DNA of 64,000 nt, taken from the NCBI GenBank assembly GCA_045579085.1, contig JAZNLO010000010.1:12163-76162 (forward strand), written 5' to 3'. This stretch comes from Acutalibacteraceae bacterium (GTDB taxonomy: Bacteria > Bacillota > Clostridia > Oscillospirales > Acutalibacteraceae). Shown one piece after another: positions 1 to 9,116 of this stretch. The translations under genes were made by a program, and so were the position numbers. The notes under the pieces are model-generated. The model worked only from the letters and a program-made list of their open reading frames with translations. It was not told the DNA's origin and ran no database searches. The first letter of the stretch is position 1. The number at the start of each line of letters is the position of its first letter.

Positions 1-1
1 A

Positions 2-514
2 GGTGCACCCGAAATCAAGGGACTCTGGAAAATGACAGCTATTCCGGGCACCGAAAGAGAAGACGGAACAGTAAACCACGCAAGCACAACATTTGGAACA
101 GTTTGCATAATGCTCAAGGGCTGCGAAAACAAAAACCGTGTATACGACTTCCTCACTTGGTGGGTTAGTGCTGATACACAGGCAAGCTACGGAAACAACC
201 TTGAAGCAAGACTTGGCGCAGGCGGACGTTACACCACTGCAAACAAAGAGGCATTTGAGATGCTTCCTTGGTCATATGACGATGCAAACGAAATAAAAGA
301 AGCTTGGGCCGATATGATAAACGTGCCTAAGGTACCCGGTGACTACTATGTACAGCGTATGCTTGACAACGCTTTCAGAGCAGTAGTTTACAACGGTGAA
401 AACGTAAGAGAAGCGCTTGTACGTTATTCTAAGGAAATAGATAAAGAGTTAGTACGTAAGCGTGAGCAGTACGGCATAGATGAAATCGTAGCCGCCGCTA
501 AAGCAAATAAGTAG
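2..514 (+). CDS. ABC transporter extracellular solute-binding protein, C-terminal fragment (5' end outside window)
   Basis: The frame is open from the window edge. The C-terminal sequence (WWVSADTQASYGNNLEARLG...) looks like a family-1 sugar-binding protein. Permease genes follow 15 nt downstream. Confidence 0.7.
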   Translation, partial: GAPEIKGLWKMTAIPGTEREDGTVNHASTTFGTVCIMLKGCENKNRVYDFLTWWVSADTQASYGNNLEARLGAGGRYTTANKEAFEMLPWSYDDANEIKEAWADMINVPKVPGDYYVQRMLDNAFRAVVYNGENVREALVRYSKEIDKELVRKREQYGIDEIVAAAKANK

Positions 515-529
515 GGGGAGGAATAAGAA

Positions 530-1432
530 TTGGTTACCAAAAAGAATAAAAAGCTTAATAAAACCGGTGCCGCAACATTCTTTATGATTGCTCCCTGGGG
601 ATTATTATTTATTGTATTTATGCTTATTCCTGTTTTAGTAGCGGTGCTGTTCAGCTTCACTTACTTTGATATGCTGAACTTTCCCATGTTTAACGGAGTA
701 GAAAACTATCTTCGACTTGTGCTCGATGATGACGTTTTCACAATTTCGTTTAAAAACACAATAGTAATTGCTGTTGTTACAGGTCCTGCAGGATACTTAA
801 TCAGCTTTGTAGTAGCATGGTGTATATGCGAGTTTAAGCGTGGAATGCGTTCTGTGCTTACGCTGTGCTTCTACGCACCCACACTTTCGGGTAGCGTATA
901 TGTTATCTGGAACTACATATTCAACGGCGACTCATACGGTCTTATCAACTCATTGCTTATTGAGTGGGGCCTTATCAGTACACCGATTCAGTTCACAACC
1001 AATACGAATTATACAATGATGGTTGTATTGATTGTTATGTTGTGGCAGAGTACAGGCCAGGCATTCTTGACCTTCGTTGCAGGCTTGCAGTCACTCAATC
1101 CTGAGCTTGCTGAAGCGGCATCAATTGATGGTATTAAGAATCGTTGGCAGGAGCTTATATATGTAACCTTGCCGCAGATGAAGCCTCAGCTCGTGCTTGG
1201 TGCAGTTTTCGCAATATCAGGCGCATTCGCTTGCGGTGCGGTAAACGAATCACTAACCGGCAACCCGAGTACAGACTATTCAACGCATACTATTTTGATG
1301 CACATGAAGGACTATGCCTTTACCCGTTTTGAAATGGGTTATGCGTGTGCAGTTGCGATTGCGTTGTTTGCGATAATGCTTGTGTTCTGGTACCTTATTA
1401 ATAAGGTATTGGCACGCTGGAGTACGGATTAA
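530..1432 (+). CDS. carbohydrate ABC transporter permease (MalF/UgpA type)
   Basis: TTG start lies 8 nt after GGGGGAGG. The protein is multi-TM with an EAA loop, EAASIDGIKNRWQELIYVTLPQ. Confidence 0.85.
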   Translation: MVTKKNKKLNKTGAATFFMIAPWGLLFIVFMLIPVLVAVLFSFTYFDMLNFPMFNGVENYLRLVLDDDVFTISFKNTIVIAVVTGPAGYLISFVVAWCICEFKRGMRSVLTLCFYAPTLSGSVYVIWNYIFNGDSYGLINSLLIEWGLISTPIQFTTNTNYTMMVVLIVMLWQSTGQAFLTFVAGLQSLNPELAEAASIDGIKNRWQELIYVTLPQMKPQLVLGAVFAISGAFACGAVNESLTGNPSTDYSTHTILMHMKDYAFTRFEMGYACAVAIALFAIMLVFWYLINKVLARWSTD

Positions 1433-1448
1433 GGAGGTGGCACTGAAA

Positions 1449-2363
1449 ATGGCGAAAAATTTACAAATCAACCCCGATGCAACATATACCAAGAGATTTC
1501 TTCGTATGCGCGGCGGTAACAAGAAGAAGATAAACCGCTCAATAGGCGGAAACATAGCAATGTTTGTATTTTTGGCTTTGGCCAGCTTGTTTATGGTGCT
1601 TCCCCTTTACTATACGACTATAACAGCGTTTAAGCCGCTTAACGAATTGTTTGTATTCCCGCCCAGATTCTATGTAGTAAACCCCACAGTAGGAAACTTT
1701 ATAGATATGGCGCGTCTTATCTCAGGCTCACGAGTACCGTTTTTGAGATACGTGTTCAACAGCGTGGTTATAGCAGTATTCGGAACAGTGCTTAACATTA
1801 TAATAGGCGCGATGGCAGCCTATCCTTTGGCAAAGCATAAGTTTAAATTCAGAGCAACGCTTTATCAGATTGTTGTTTACGCGATGCTCTTCAGACCGGA
1901 AGTTATTGACATTCCGCGTTACCTTATTATTGCAAACCTTAATATGATAAACACATATTGGGCGATACTTCTTCCGGCTCTTTCGGGAACACTTGGTTTG
2001 TTCCTGATGAGGCAGTTTATCACCTCAAATATGCCGGACACAGTTCTTGAGGCAGCCCGTATAGACGGAGCGGGAGAGTGGCGTATATTCTGGAAAATAG
2101 TAATGCCAAACGTTAAGCCTGCGTGGTTAACGCTTTCAATCTTCCAGTTCCAGACTATGTGGCACGCCACCGGAACAGAGTACATCTATGATGAGCCAAT
2201 GAAGATGCTGCCCACAGCACTTAACCAGATAGTTGCAGGCGGTGTTGCCAGGTCAGGCGCCGCATCAGCTGTTTCACTGGTATTGATGCTTCCTCCGATA
2301 GTGCTGTTTATGTTCAGCCAGAATTCCATAATGGAAACGATGTCAACATCAGGCTTGAAATAA
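1449..2363 (+). CDS. carbohydrate ABC transporter permease (MalG/UgpE type)
   Basis: ATG at 1449 follows GGAGGTGG, so the ORF-track start at 1380 is probably too far upstream. EAA loop is EAARIDGAGEWRIFWKIVMPN. Confidence 0.85.
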   Translation: MAKNLQINPDATYTKRFLRMRGGNKKKINRSIGGNIAMFVFLALASLFMVLPLYYTTITAFKPLNELFVFPPRFYVVNPTVGNFIDMARLISGSRVPFLRYVFNSVVIAVFGTVLNIIIGAMAAYPLAKHKFKFRATLYQIVVYAMLFRPEVIDIPRYLIIANLNMINTYWAILLPALSGTLGLFLMRQFITSNMPDTVLEAARIDGAGEWRIFWKIVMPNVKPAWLTLSIFQFQTMWHATGTEYIYDEPMKMLPTALNQIVAGGVARSGAASAVSLVLMLPPIVLFMFSQNSIMETMSTSGLK

Positions 2364-2418
2364 ATTAAACTATCAGAAATAACGCACCGCAAAAAGCGGT
2401 TTGAATGGAGGAAAAATT

Positions 2419-3996
2419 ATGAGAAAGGCAGTAAGATTTATCAGCCTCGCAGCTATAGCTGTGTTGCTGATGGCTATGACTGCGGTGCCCGCATCGGCTT
2501 TGTCAACGGCACCATATAAGGGTTACAACTACGACCCTTACGGAGACCCTACCTCAGCACCGCTGGGATATGTTCCGAGCAAAACATATAGCTATATAGA
2601 TTTTGGATTGGACGTAGCGCTTTCAAGTCCTGAAGATTTCTTTGTTTTCACAGATGAAGACGGCGCACAGTCATTATGGATAGCAGATACAAACAACAAC
2701 AGAATCGTTGTTGTTGATAGTAACTATAAGCTTGTCAGAATTATAACTGAGTTTGTAACTCAGGAGGGCGAAAGCAAAGCACTGATAGCCCCTCAGAGCG
2801 TGTTTGTAAAGTATAACAAGGATTTGAATACAAATGAAATCTTTGTTTGCACAGGCGGCTCAAAAATCGATGACAAGGGTAAGCCCGCAGGTGAATGCTT
2901 TGTATATTCAGCAACCTTTGAGGGCGTGCTTGTAAAGACATTCAGCAACCCCACAGATGCAATAATTAAGCTTGACGAATTTATGCCAAGCTCGGTTGTT
3001 GTTGACAACTCAGGCTTCGTGTATATACACGTTAATAACTGTACTGAGGGCTTGGTTGTTCTGAGATATTCCGATGGCTCCTTTATGACATATTACGGAG
3101 CTAATAAGGTTGTTCTTACCTGGAAAACGTCAGTCCAGCAAACCTGGAAAAAGATATTCTCACGTGAGGCATCATCGACTATGATTAGCCTTACGCCTAC
3201 AGAGATGTCCGGCATTTTCATCGACCATGAGGACTTCATTTATACCACCACCTCAACCATTGAGATGGACCCCGATTTGAGAGTAAGAAAGCTCAACGGT
3301 CTGGGCGAGAACATTCTTAAGGGCGATACAAACGCGCTGGTAGATGTAGTTTTCGGTGAACGAGAGAAGCTTGGCCCTAACATTGACACCAGAATGATTG
3401 ATATCTGCGTTGATGAAAACGGAGTTATGGCAACGCTTGACGCAGAGCTTGGAAGAGTATATCTCTATGACCAAACTTGTATGCTGATGACTGTTTTCGG
3501 CTTCAAGACCGACGGTTCAGGTAACACCCAAAACGGTGCAACATTTGAGCCTTACGGAATAGAAAAGATGGGTGAAAACTATCTCGTGCTTGACCGCAAG
3601 GTAGGCACCATAGTAGCATACAGACCAACCTATTATATAAAGATGCTTGAGGAAGCAAACGATTATTACCTCAAGGGCTGGTATATAGAGGGTGAGCAAT
3701 ATTGGCGCGAAGTAATCAAGTACGATGCCAACTTTGCTCGCGGATATGCAGCAATAGGTAAATCCTTGCTTGAGCAGGAGAAGTACGAGGATGCACTTGA
3801 GTGGCTGAAAAAAGGTCAGGACAGAACATCTTATTCAAAGGCATACACAGAGTTCAGACGTGAGTTCTTGCGTGAAAACTATATGTGGTTTGTGCCGTTG
3901 ATTGCTGCAGCGATAGTAGCTTTCGTGCTGTTAATTAAGCTGATACAGAAACTCTTGGGCGTAAAAACCAAGAAGAACAAGATAACATTCAACTAA
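2419..3996 (+). CDS. exported NHL-repeat-like beta-propeller protein with TPR-like segment and C-terminal TM anchor
   Basis: ATG at 2419 follows GGAGG. Signal peptide is MRKAVRFISLAAIAVLLMAMTAVPASA. NHL-like strands include IADTNNNRIVVVD, VVVDNSGFVYIH and ICVDENGVMATLDAELGRVYLYD. A TPR-like stretch (GYAAIGKSLLEQEKYEDALEWLKKG) precedes a terminal hydrophobic helix (WFVPLIAAAIVAFVLLIKLI). Confidence 0.6.
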   Translation: MRKAVRFISLAAIAVLLMAMTAVPASALSTAPYKGYNYDPYGDPTSAPLGYVPSKTYSYIDFGLDVALSSPEDFFVFTDEDGAQSLWIADTNNNRIVVVDSNYKLVRIITEFVTQEGESKALIAPQSVFVKYNKDLNTNEIFVCTGGSKIDDKGKPAGECFVYSATFEGVLVKTFSNPTDAIIKLDEFMPSSVVVDNSGFVYIHVNNCTEGLVVLRYSDGSFMTYYGANKVVLTWKTSVQQTWKKIFSREASSTMISLTPTEMSGIFIDHEDFIYTTTSTIEMDPDLRVRKLNGLGENILKGDTNALVDVVFGEREKLGPNIDTRMIDICVDENGVMATLDAELGRVYLYDQTCMLMTVFGFKTDGSGNTQNGATFEPYGIEKMGENYLVLDRKVGTIVAYRPTYYIKMLEEANDYYLKGWYIEGEQYWREVIKYDANFARGYAAIGKSLLEQEKYEDALEWLKKGQDRTSYSKAYTEFRREFLRENYMWFVPLIAAAIVAFVLLIKLIQKLLGVKTKKNKITFN

Positions 3997-4009
3997 AGGA
4001 GGGAGATTT

Positions 4010-4711
4010 ATGGGTTCTATTGCTAATATCATTAAGTATAGTAAAAAGTGCAAAGAAGAAATCAACCTGAAGGATATCTCCGTCAAGAAGTTGGATTTCA
4101 AGAAGATAATATGGCCTTTCCGCACATTATTTCATCCTGTTCAGGCTTTTACAGAGATTAAGTATGAAAAACGCGGTTCAATACCTCTCTCAATAATCGT
4201 TTTGTTATTGTGGTTTTTCAGCAGTATTTTTTCGTATTTAGAAACAGGCTTTATTTTCAACTCAAATCGAGTTGAAGACCTTAAGCTGATTAACCAATTT
4301 ATGAGCTCATCAATGATAATCATACTTTGGTGCATCTCTAACTGGGCTATATGCACGCTTATGGACGGAGAGGGCTGGTTCAAGGATATCTGGGTAACAA
4401 ACTGCTACTGCGTTATGCCTCATGTAGTAACGATGATACCGATAGCACTTGTTTCGAATGTTTTGGTCGCTGATGAGGGCGCGTTTGTAACGATTTTGAC
4501 AACAGCCGTATTCATCTGGATGGTATTGCTTATGTTTATAGCAAACACAACAGTGCATCAATACACATTTGGAAAAAGCTTATGGTCAATGATTCTCACA
4601 TTGTTCGGAGTATTGGTATTATTGCTGTTAGCTATATTGATAGCGAGTTTGTTCATAGAGATTTGGTCTTTTGTTAAGAGCCTCTATGACGAAATAGTCC
4701 TGAGAGTTTAG
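4010..4711 (+). CDS. Yip1-domain-like polytopic membrane protein
   Basis: AAAGGAGGGAG RBS. About 5 TM helices follow a short cytoplasmic N-terminus. The topology and size resemble bacterial Yip1/YIP1-family proteins; the family call comes from memory of sequence style. Confidence 0.55.
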   Translation: MGSIANIIKYSKKCKEEINLKDISVKKLDFKKIIWPFRTLFHPVQAFTEIKYEKRGSIPLSIIVLLLWFFSSIFSYLETGFIFNSNRVEDLKLINQFMSSSMIIILWCISNWAICTLMDGEGWFKDIWVTNCYCVMPHVVTMIPIALVSNVLVADEGAFVTILTTAVFIWMVLLMFIANTTVHQYTFGKSLWSMILTLFGVLVLLLLAILIASLFIEIWSFVKSLYDEIVLRV

Positions 4712-4728
4712 CGGGGACGGTGATAGAG

Positions 4729-7077
4729 ATGAAAAAAAGAATTTTTTACACGTTAATAACTTTGGCGATTCTGTTCGCCGTAACAGTTACCACCGCCGCT
4801 CCCGTTGCCTTTGCAGATGAAACCGAAGACACTGAGCTGGTAGATACCGGCTTTGCAAATAACGGTGAATCAGAAGGTGTAGTAGCCGATGCTCAGCCGC
4901 TTTACGTAGGACTTGAAGGCTTTGAGAGTGTTGCTAAAAACGACAAGCTCGAGCTTTTGATGAAAACTGATGATAAGTATGGCTTTATTCTCGCAGTGAA
5001 GGATAACGCTTCAGGCGATGTATGGTATTCAGTATCCTCACAAGCAACTAAGCTTGCCTCTGATACAGAGATAATGAGGGCAACTTCGGTTGGTATCATA
5101 AACTATTCAGATACCACAGGAGTTATAAAGCGTTTATACACTAACGAGGCGTTCAGAGCAGGAAAGTATAAAACCGAAAAGGTTGAAAACGGAATACGTA
5201 TAACATTTGAATTCCCCGATATTGAAAAGTGTCAGGGCTTCAAAGTGCCGTTCTTGTTCCGCTTAGACGGCGAGCACTTCGATGCAGGCGTTGAGCTTGG
5301 CAGTGTTGAAGTTGATAAAAAGACTGAGGGTGTTTTGACCAGCGTTGCTGTTATGCCATACTTTGGCTGTGCTGATTACGGTCAGGACGGATACATCTTC
5401 GTGCCTGATGGTTCAGGTGCAATAATCGATAATGATTATGCATCGCTTGACGGTACTGTTAAGTATTACGAAACTTATATTTACGGATACGATGAAACTA
5501 TTTATCGTACATCAACTACGCTTAGACTTAATAATTCCGAAAAGAGCGTTCTGCCTGTATTTGGAACAAAGGCAGACGATAAGGGAATGGTAGGAATTAT
5601 TTCATCGGGTGATGCAATATCTCAGGTAAAGGCAGTAAGCTCAAGAGAGGCATTCCCGTTCACTTCAAGCTATGCTGAGTTTATAGTCAACAAAATTGAC
5701 GTAATGGGTGAGGGCAAAAAAGAAACCACCCGTATAACAGACAGAGCATCAAATACTGAGTTTGCAAGGGTTTCTTATTATCTTCTTAAGGGCGACGATG
5801 CTGATTACGTAGGTATGGCAGGTAAGTACCGTGACTACCTTATCAGCGAAGGTCTTGATAATAAGATTGAAGAAAACCTGCAGTTCTATATGGATGTTAT
5901 CGGTTCAGTTAAGAAGACAGAGTCTGTATATGGCTTTGTTATGAACGTCACTAAGCCTATAACAACATTTGAACAGGCAACCGAGATGGTTAATGCGCTT
6001 GATAAGGGCGGTGTTAAGAATCTCAACATAAGATATAAAGGCTGGTTAAAGGGCGGCGTTGAAAACGGACCTGTAACCGATGCTAAGGTTGAGTCTAAGC
6101 TCGGCGGAGCAAAGGGATTGGAAGAATTCAATGCTTTGACAAAGAAGCTTGGCGCAAACCTTTTCCTTGACGTAGACCTTATAAATATCTATGACACTAA
6201 GGCTGGCTGGTCACTTAATAAGATTGCAGTAAGAGACGTTGTAAGTTCTGTTTCAAAGCAGTATTACTTCAAATTAAGCAACGGCGACCGTGACCTTGAA
6301 AACTTCTATTATCACGTAAACGGTAAGTATGTAGTTGAACAGGTTAATAAGTTCTTGGGCGACTATAAGGCATTAGACGTGTACGGCATTTCAGCCGGCT
6401 CGCTGGGCAACACCAACTATTCTGATTTCTATATCGGAGATAGATTCAACGATGCTCAGGAAACAGCCGAGTACATAAAGAAAGCAGCAAAGAAGCTTGC
6501 AACAGAGCAGGGCAATCTTGTAGTTGACGGCGGAAACGGATTTGTGCTTCCGTATGTAAACACAATCATCGCACCGCCTATGTATGACAGCGGTTACGAG
6601 ATGAGCCAGAACGATGTGCCGTTCCTCCAGATAGCACTTCACGGTGTTATAAACTACACAGAGACCGCGCACAATCTGTTCTCTGACCCTGAAATGCAGC
6701 TGCTCCGTCAGCTCGAAACAGGCTCTGCACCTTACTTCATCTTTACAGGTGAGGAGAGCAGCACATTCCTTAACACCAACCTTAATTACATTTATTCCAG
6801 CCAGTTTGAAACCTGGAAGGAAACAGCGATATCCAATTATAAAGAGCTTGCATCTGTCTTTAACGGATATTGTGATAAGCACATCACAGACCATAAGATA
6901 ATTACATCTGAAGTAAGATGCACAGTTTATAATGACGATTTAGCCATACTTGTAAACTATGGCGATACCGATTATGTATATAACGGTATAACTGTTTCTG
7001 CAATGGGATATGTAACCACAACAGCAAGCCAGGTGGAAGCTACCCCTGAGCAACCCGTTGAGGAGGTGGTAGAATAA
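4729..7077 (+). CDS. large secreted protein of unknown function (possibly DUF5696-like)
   Basis: Signal peptide is MKKRIFYTLITLAILFAVTVTTAAPVAFA followed by an acidic linker. The protein is 783 aa with no recognisable catalytic motif. The DUF5696 assignment is a recollection, not a search result. Confidence 0.5.
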   Translation: MKKRIFYTLITLAILFAVTVTTAAPVAFADETEDTELVDTGFANNGESEGVVADAQPLYVGLEGFESVAKNDKLELLMKTDDKYGFILAVKDNASGDVWYSVSSQATKLASDTEIMRATSVGIINYSDTTGVIKRLYTNEAFRAGKYKTEKVENGIRITFEFPDIEKCQGFKVPFLFRLDGEHFDAGVELGSVEVDKKTEGVLTSVAVMPYFGCADYGQDGYIFVPDGSGAIIDNDYASLDGTVKYYETYIYGYDETIYRTSTTLRLNNSEKSVLPVFGTKADDKGMVGIISSGDAISQVKAVSSREAFPFTSSYAEFIVNKIDVMGEGKKETTRITDRASNTEFARVSYYLLKGDDADYVGMAGKYRDYLISEGLDNKIEENLQFYMDVIGSVKKTESVYGFVMNVTKPITTFEQATEMVNALDKGGVKNLNIRYKGWLKGGVENGPVTDAKVESKLGGAKGLEEFNALTKKLGANLFLDVDLINIYDTKAGWSLNKIAVRDVVSSVSKQYYFKLSNGDRDLENFYYHVNGKYVVEQVNKFLGDYKALDVYGISAGSLGNTNYSDFYIGDRFNDAQETAEYIKKAAKKLATEQGNLVVDGGNGFVLPYVNTIIAPPMYDSGYEMSQNDVPFLQIALHGVINYTETAHNLFSDPEMQLLRQLETGSAPYFIFTGEESSTFLNTNLNYIYSSQFETWKETAISNYKELASVFNGYCDKHITDHKIITSEVRCTVYNDDLAILVNYGDTDYVYNGITVSAMGYVTTTASQVEATPEQPVEEVVE

Positions 7078-8012
7078 TGTCAACTGCAACAGTAAAAAGG
7101 GTAAAACCTAAAAAGCAGCTTACAGAGCTGCAAAGACGTAGAAGAGCAGGTCTTTGTTTTACCGCTCCGTTTATCATAGGCTTCATGTGCTTCTATCTGC
7201 AGCCGCTTGCCTTGTCCTTGTATTACACCTTCTTAAACGTACAGCCTGCAAAGGGCGGCGGTGTAAGTATGGACTGGTACGGTTTAGGCAATTACGATTA
7301 TCTGTTTGGTAGTGAAACAGAGTATTGGCAGGCATTGGTTACCACTCTGGGCGATATGTTAAAGAACACACCTGTTATAATAGTATTTTCGCTCTTTATT
7401 TCAGTAATTCTGAACCAGAAGTTTGCGGGAAGAATGTTCGCCAGAGCAGTATTCTTCATGCCGGTTGTTGTAACATCGGGTATAGTAATTAAGTTCGTTC
7501 AGGGTGACACGTTTATTGACAACGTTGAAACAGATGCATCTTCAACTATATTCAATGCAGCAGGTATGACAGAGATACTCAAGGGAATGAATCTACCTGA
7601 GGAAATCGTAAATATATTCACCGAGATAGTAAACCAAACCTTTGATACGCTGTGGAAGTGCGGCGTACAGATACTGTTGTTCCTCGCAGCGTTGCAGGGA
7701 GTATCTCCGCAGCTTTACGAAGCAGCAAAGATTGAGGGAGCAACAGGCTGGGAAATCTTCTGGAAGGTTACCTTCCCGAATGTAGCGCCAATCGTGCTTG
7801 TAAACCTTATTTACACGATAATCGACTCGATTACCGACGCAAATAACCAGTTGATGACAAGCATAAACGATACGGCATATTATAAGCTCAAGTATTCAGT
7901 AGCATGTCTTGAATCCTGGATATTCTTCTTGATTCTGCTTGCAATAATCGGAATAATCTTCTTTGTTGCGAATTTAATAGCAAAGTCGCAAAACCCATCA
8001 GTAAATAAATAA
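7077..8012 (+). CDS. carbohydrate ABC transporter permease (MalF/UgpA type), second pair
   Basis: The ATG overlaps the upstream stop (TAATG) and follows GGAGGTGG. EAA loop is EAAKIEGATGWEIFWKVTFPN. Confidence 0.85.
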   Translation: MSTATVKRVKPKKQLTELQRRRRAGLCFTAPFIIGFMCFYLQPLALSLYYTFLNVQPAKGGGVSMDWYGLGNYDYLFGSETEYWQALVTTLGDMLKNTPVIIVFSLFISVILNQKFAGRMFARAVFFMPVVVTSGIVIKFVQGDTFIDNVETDASSTIFNAAGMTEILKGMNLPEEIVNIFTEIVNQTFDTLWKCGVQILLFLAALQGVSPQLYEAAKIEGATGWEIFWKVTFPNVAPIVLVNLIYTIIDSITDANNQLMTSINDTAYYKLKYSVACLESWIFFLILLAIIGIIFFVANLIAKSQNPSVNK

Positions 8013-8030
8013 GAAAGGAGCTGCAATTAA

Positions 8031-8978
8031 GTGAATAAACGAATTCTCGCATCAGAAATCGGAAACTTGATATGGAAGATATTGAGATTTTTCATCTTAA
8101 TCGGCCTTTCTTATGTTTTGATTTATCCGATTCTATATATGGTATCAATGTCGTTCAGAACAGTTGAAGACGTTGTTGACCCAAGCGTTATTTGGATTCC
8201 TAAGCATTTTACTCTTGAGCATTTTGAGTATTCATTTGGACAGATGAGTTATTTCAGCAGTATGGCTACCACACTGATAATGTCAGTTGTGGGCACAGCT
8301 CTGCAGATGATATCCTGTTCAATGGTAGGATACGGACTTGCAAGGTTTAAGTTTAAAACAAACGGATTGTGGTTTGTGCTTGTATTGCTTACATTGATTG
8401 TTCCTGCTGAGGCTGTAACAATTCCGCTTTACTTCCAGTACAAGTCATTCTCAATACCGATAATCAGCCCGATACTCGACTTAGCATTTGGAATCAAAAT
8501 GCCCGAATTCTTAACAGTCAACCTTATCGATAGCTGGTTCGTTTTCTGGCTCACTGCTATTACTGCAACAGGCTTGCGTTCAGGACTGTATGTATACATA
8601 TTCAGGCAGTTCTTCACGAACATTCCGTATGAGATTGAGGAAGCAGCAGTTGTTGACGGAGCAGGATTTTTCAAGACGTTTACAACCATTATGGTACCAA
8701 ACGCATCAGGCTCATATTTGACAGTATTCCTGTTCTCAATCGTATGGTATTGGAATGATACATTCTACACCAGTACATTCATTTCGCAGAAGATGACCAT
8801 AGCAAAGGCACTGAGCGGACTTTTCGGGGAGCTCTCTAAAAACTTCGCAAACAGCCCTGAGTATTCGCCAAGACTTCTGGCAGGCTCGTTGCTATACATT
8901 CTGCCGATGCTTGTGATGTATATGATACTACAACGTTATTTTGTTCAGTCAATCGAGAGAACCGGTATCGTTGGTTAA
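8031..8978 (+). CDS. carbohydrate ABC transporter permease (MalG/UgpE type), second pair
   Basis: GTG start follows AAAGGAG. EAA loop is EAAVVDGAGFFKTFTTIMVPN. Confidence 0.85.
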   Translation: MNKRILASEIGNLIWKILRFFILIGLSYVLIYPILYMVSMSFRTVEDVVDPSVIWIPKHFTLEHFEYSFGQMSYFSSMATTLIMSVVGTALQMISCSMVGYGLARFKFKTNGLWFVLVLLTLIVPAEAVTIPLYFQYKSFSIPIISPILDLAFGIKMPEFLTVNLIDSWFVFWLTAITATGLRSGLYVYIFRQFFTNIPYEIEEAAVVDGAGFFKTFTTIMVPNASGSYLTVFLFSIVWYWNDTFYTSTFISQKMTIAKALSGLFGELSKNFANSPEYSPRLLAGSLLYILPMLVMYMILQRYFVQSIERTGIVG

Positions 8979-9001
8979 GGCAAATTAGAGTTAATAAAAA
9001 A

Positions 9002-9029
9002 ACGATGCAGATTTCTGCATCGTTTTTTT
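9002..9029 (+). terminator. intrinsic terminator ending the ABC operon
   Basis: Stem acgatgcag / ctgcatcgt with a 4-nt loop, followed by a run of 7 T. Confidence 0.8.
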
Positions 9030-9050
9030 GTATTTTATTTGTAAAATCCC

Positions 9051-9079
9051 TTGATAAAAATAAAACAAAATGATATACT
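9051..9079 (+). promoter_or_regulatory. sigma-A-type promoter for pgcA
   Basis: TTGATA, 17-nt spacer, TATACT, with TGn extended -10. Confidence 0.55.
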
Positions 9080-9116
9080 TTAAAAATGAATAGCTAATTT
9101 TTGGAGTGAGAAGACA

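Noticed and set aside
2364-2418. Short hairpin accgc aaaaa gcggt between the second permease gene and the NHL/TPR gene as an internal terminator
   Set aside because: The stem is only 5 bp and the T-run is only 3 nt, which is too weak to call. I treated the region as part of one operon.
6391-6894. 167-aa minus-strand ORF inside the 783-aa secreted protein gene
   Set aside because: It is antisense to a long, coherent plus-strand CDS. Its translation is Cys/Leu/Arg-rich with no RBS or recognisable motif.
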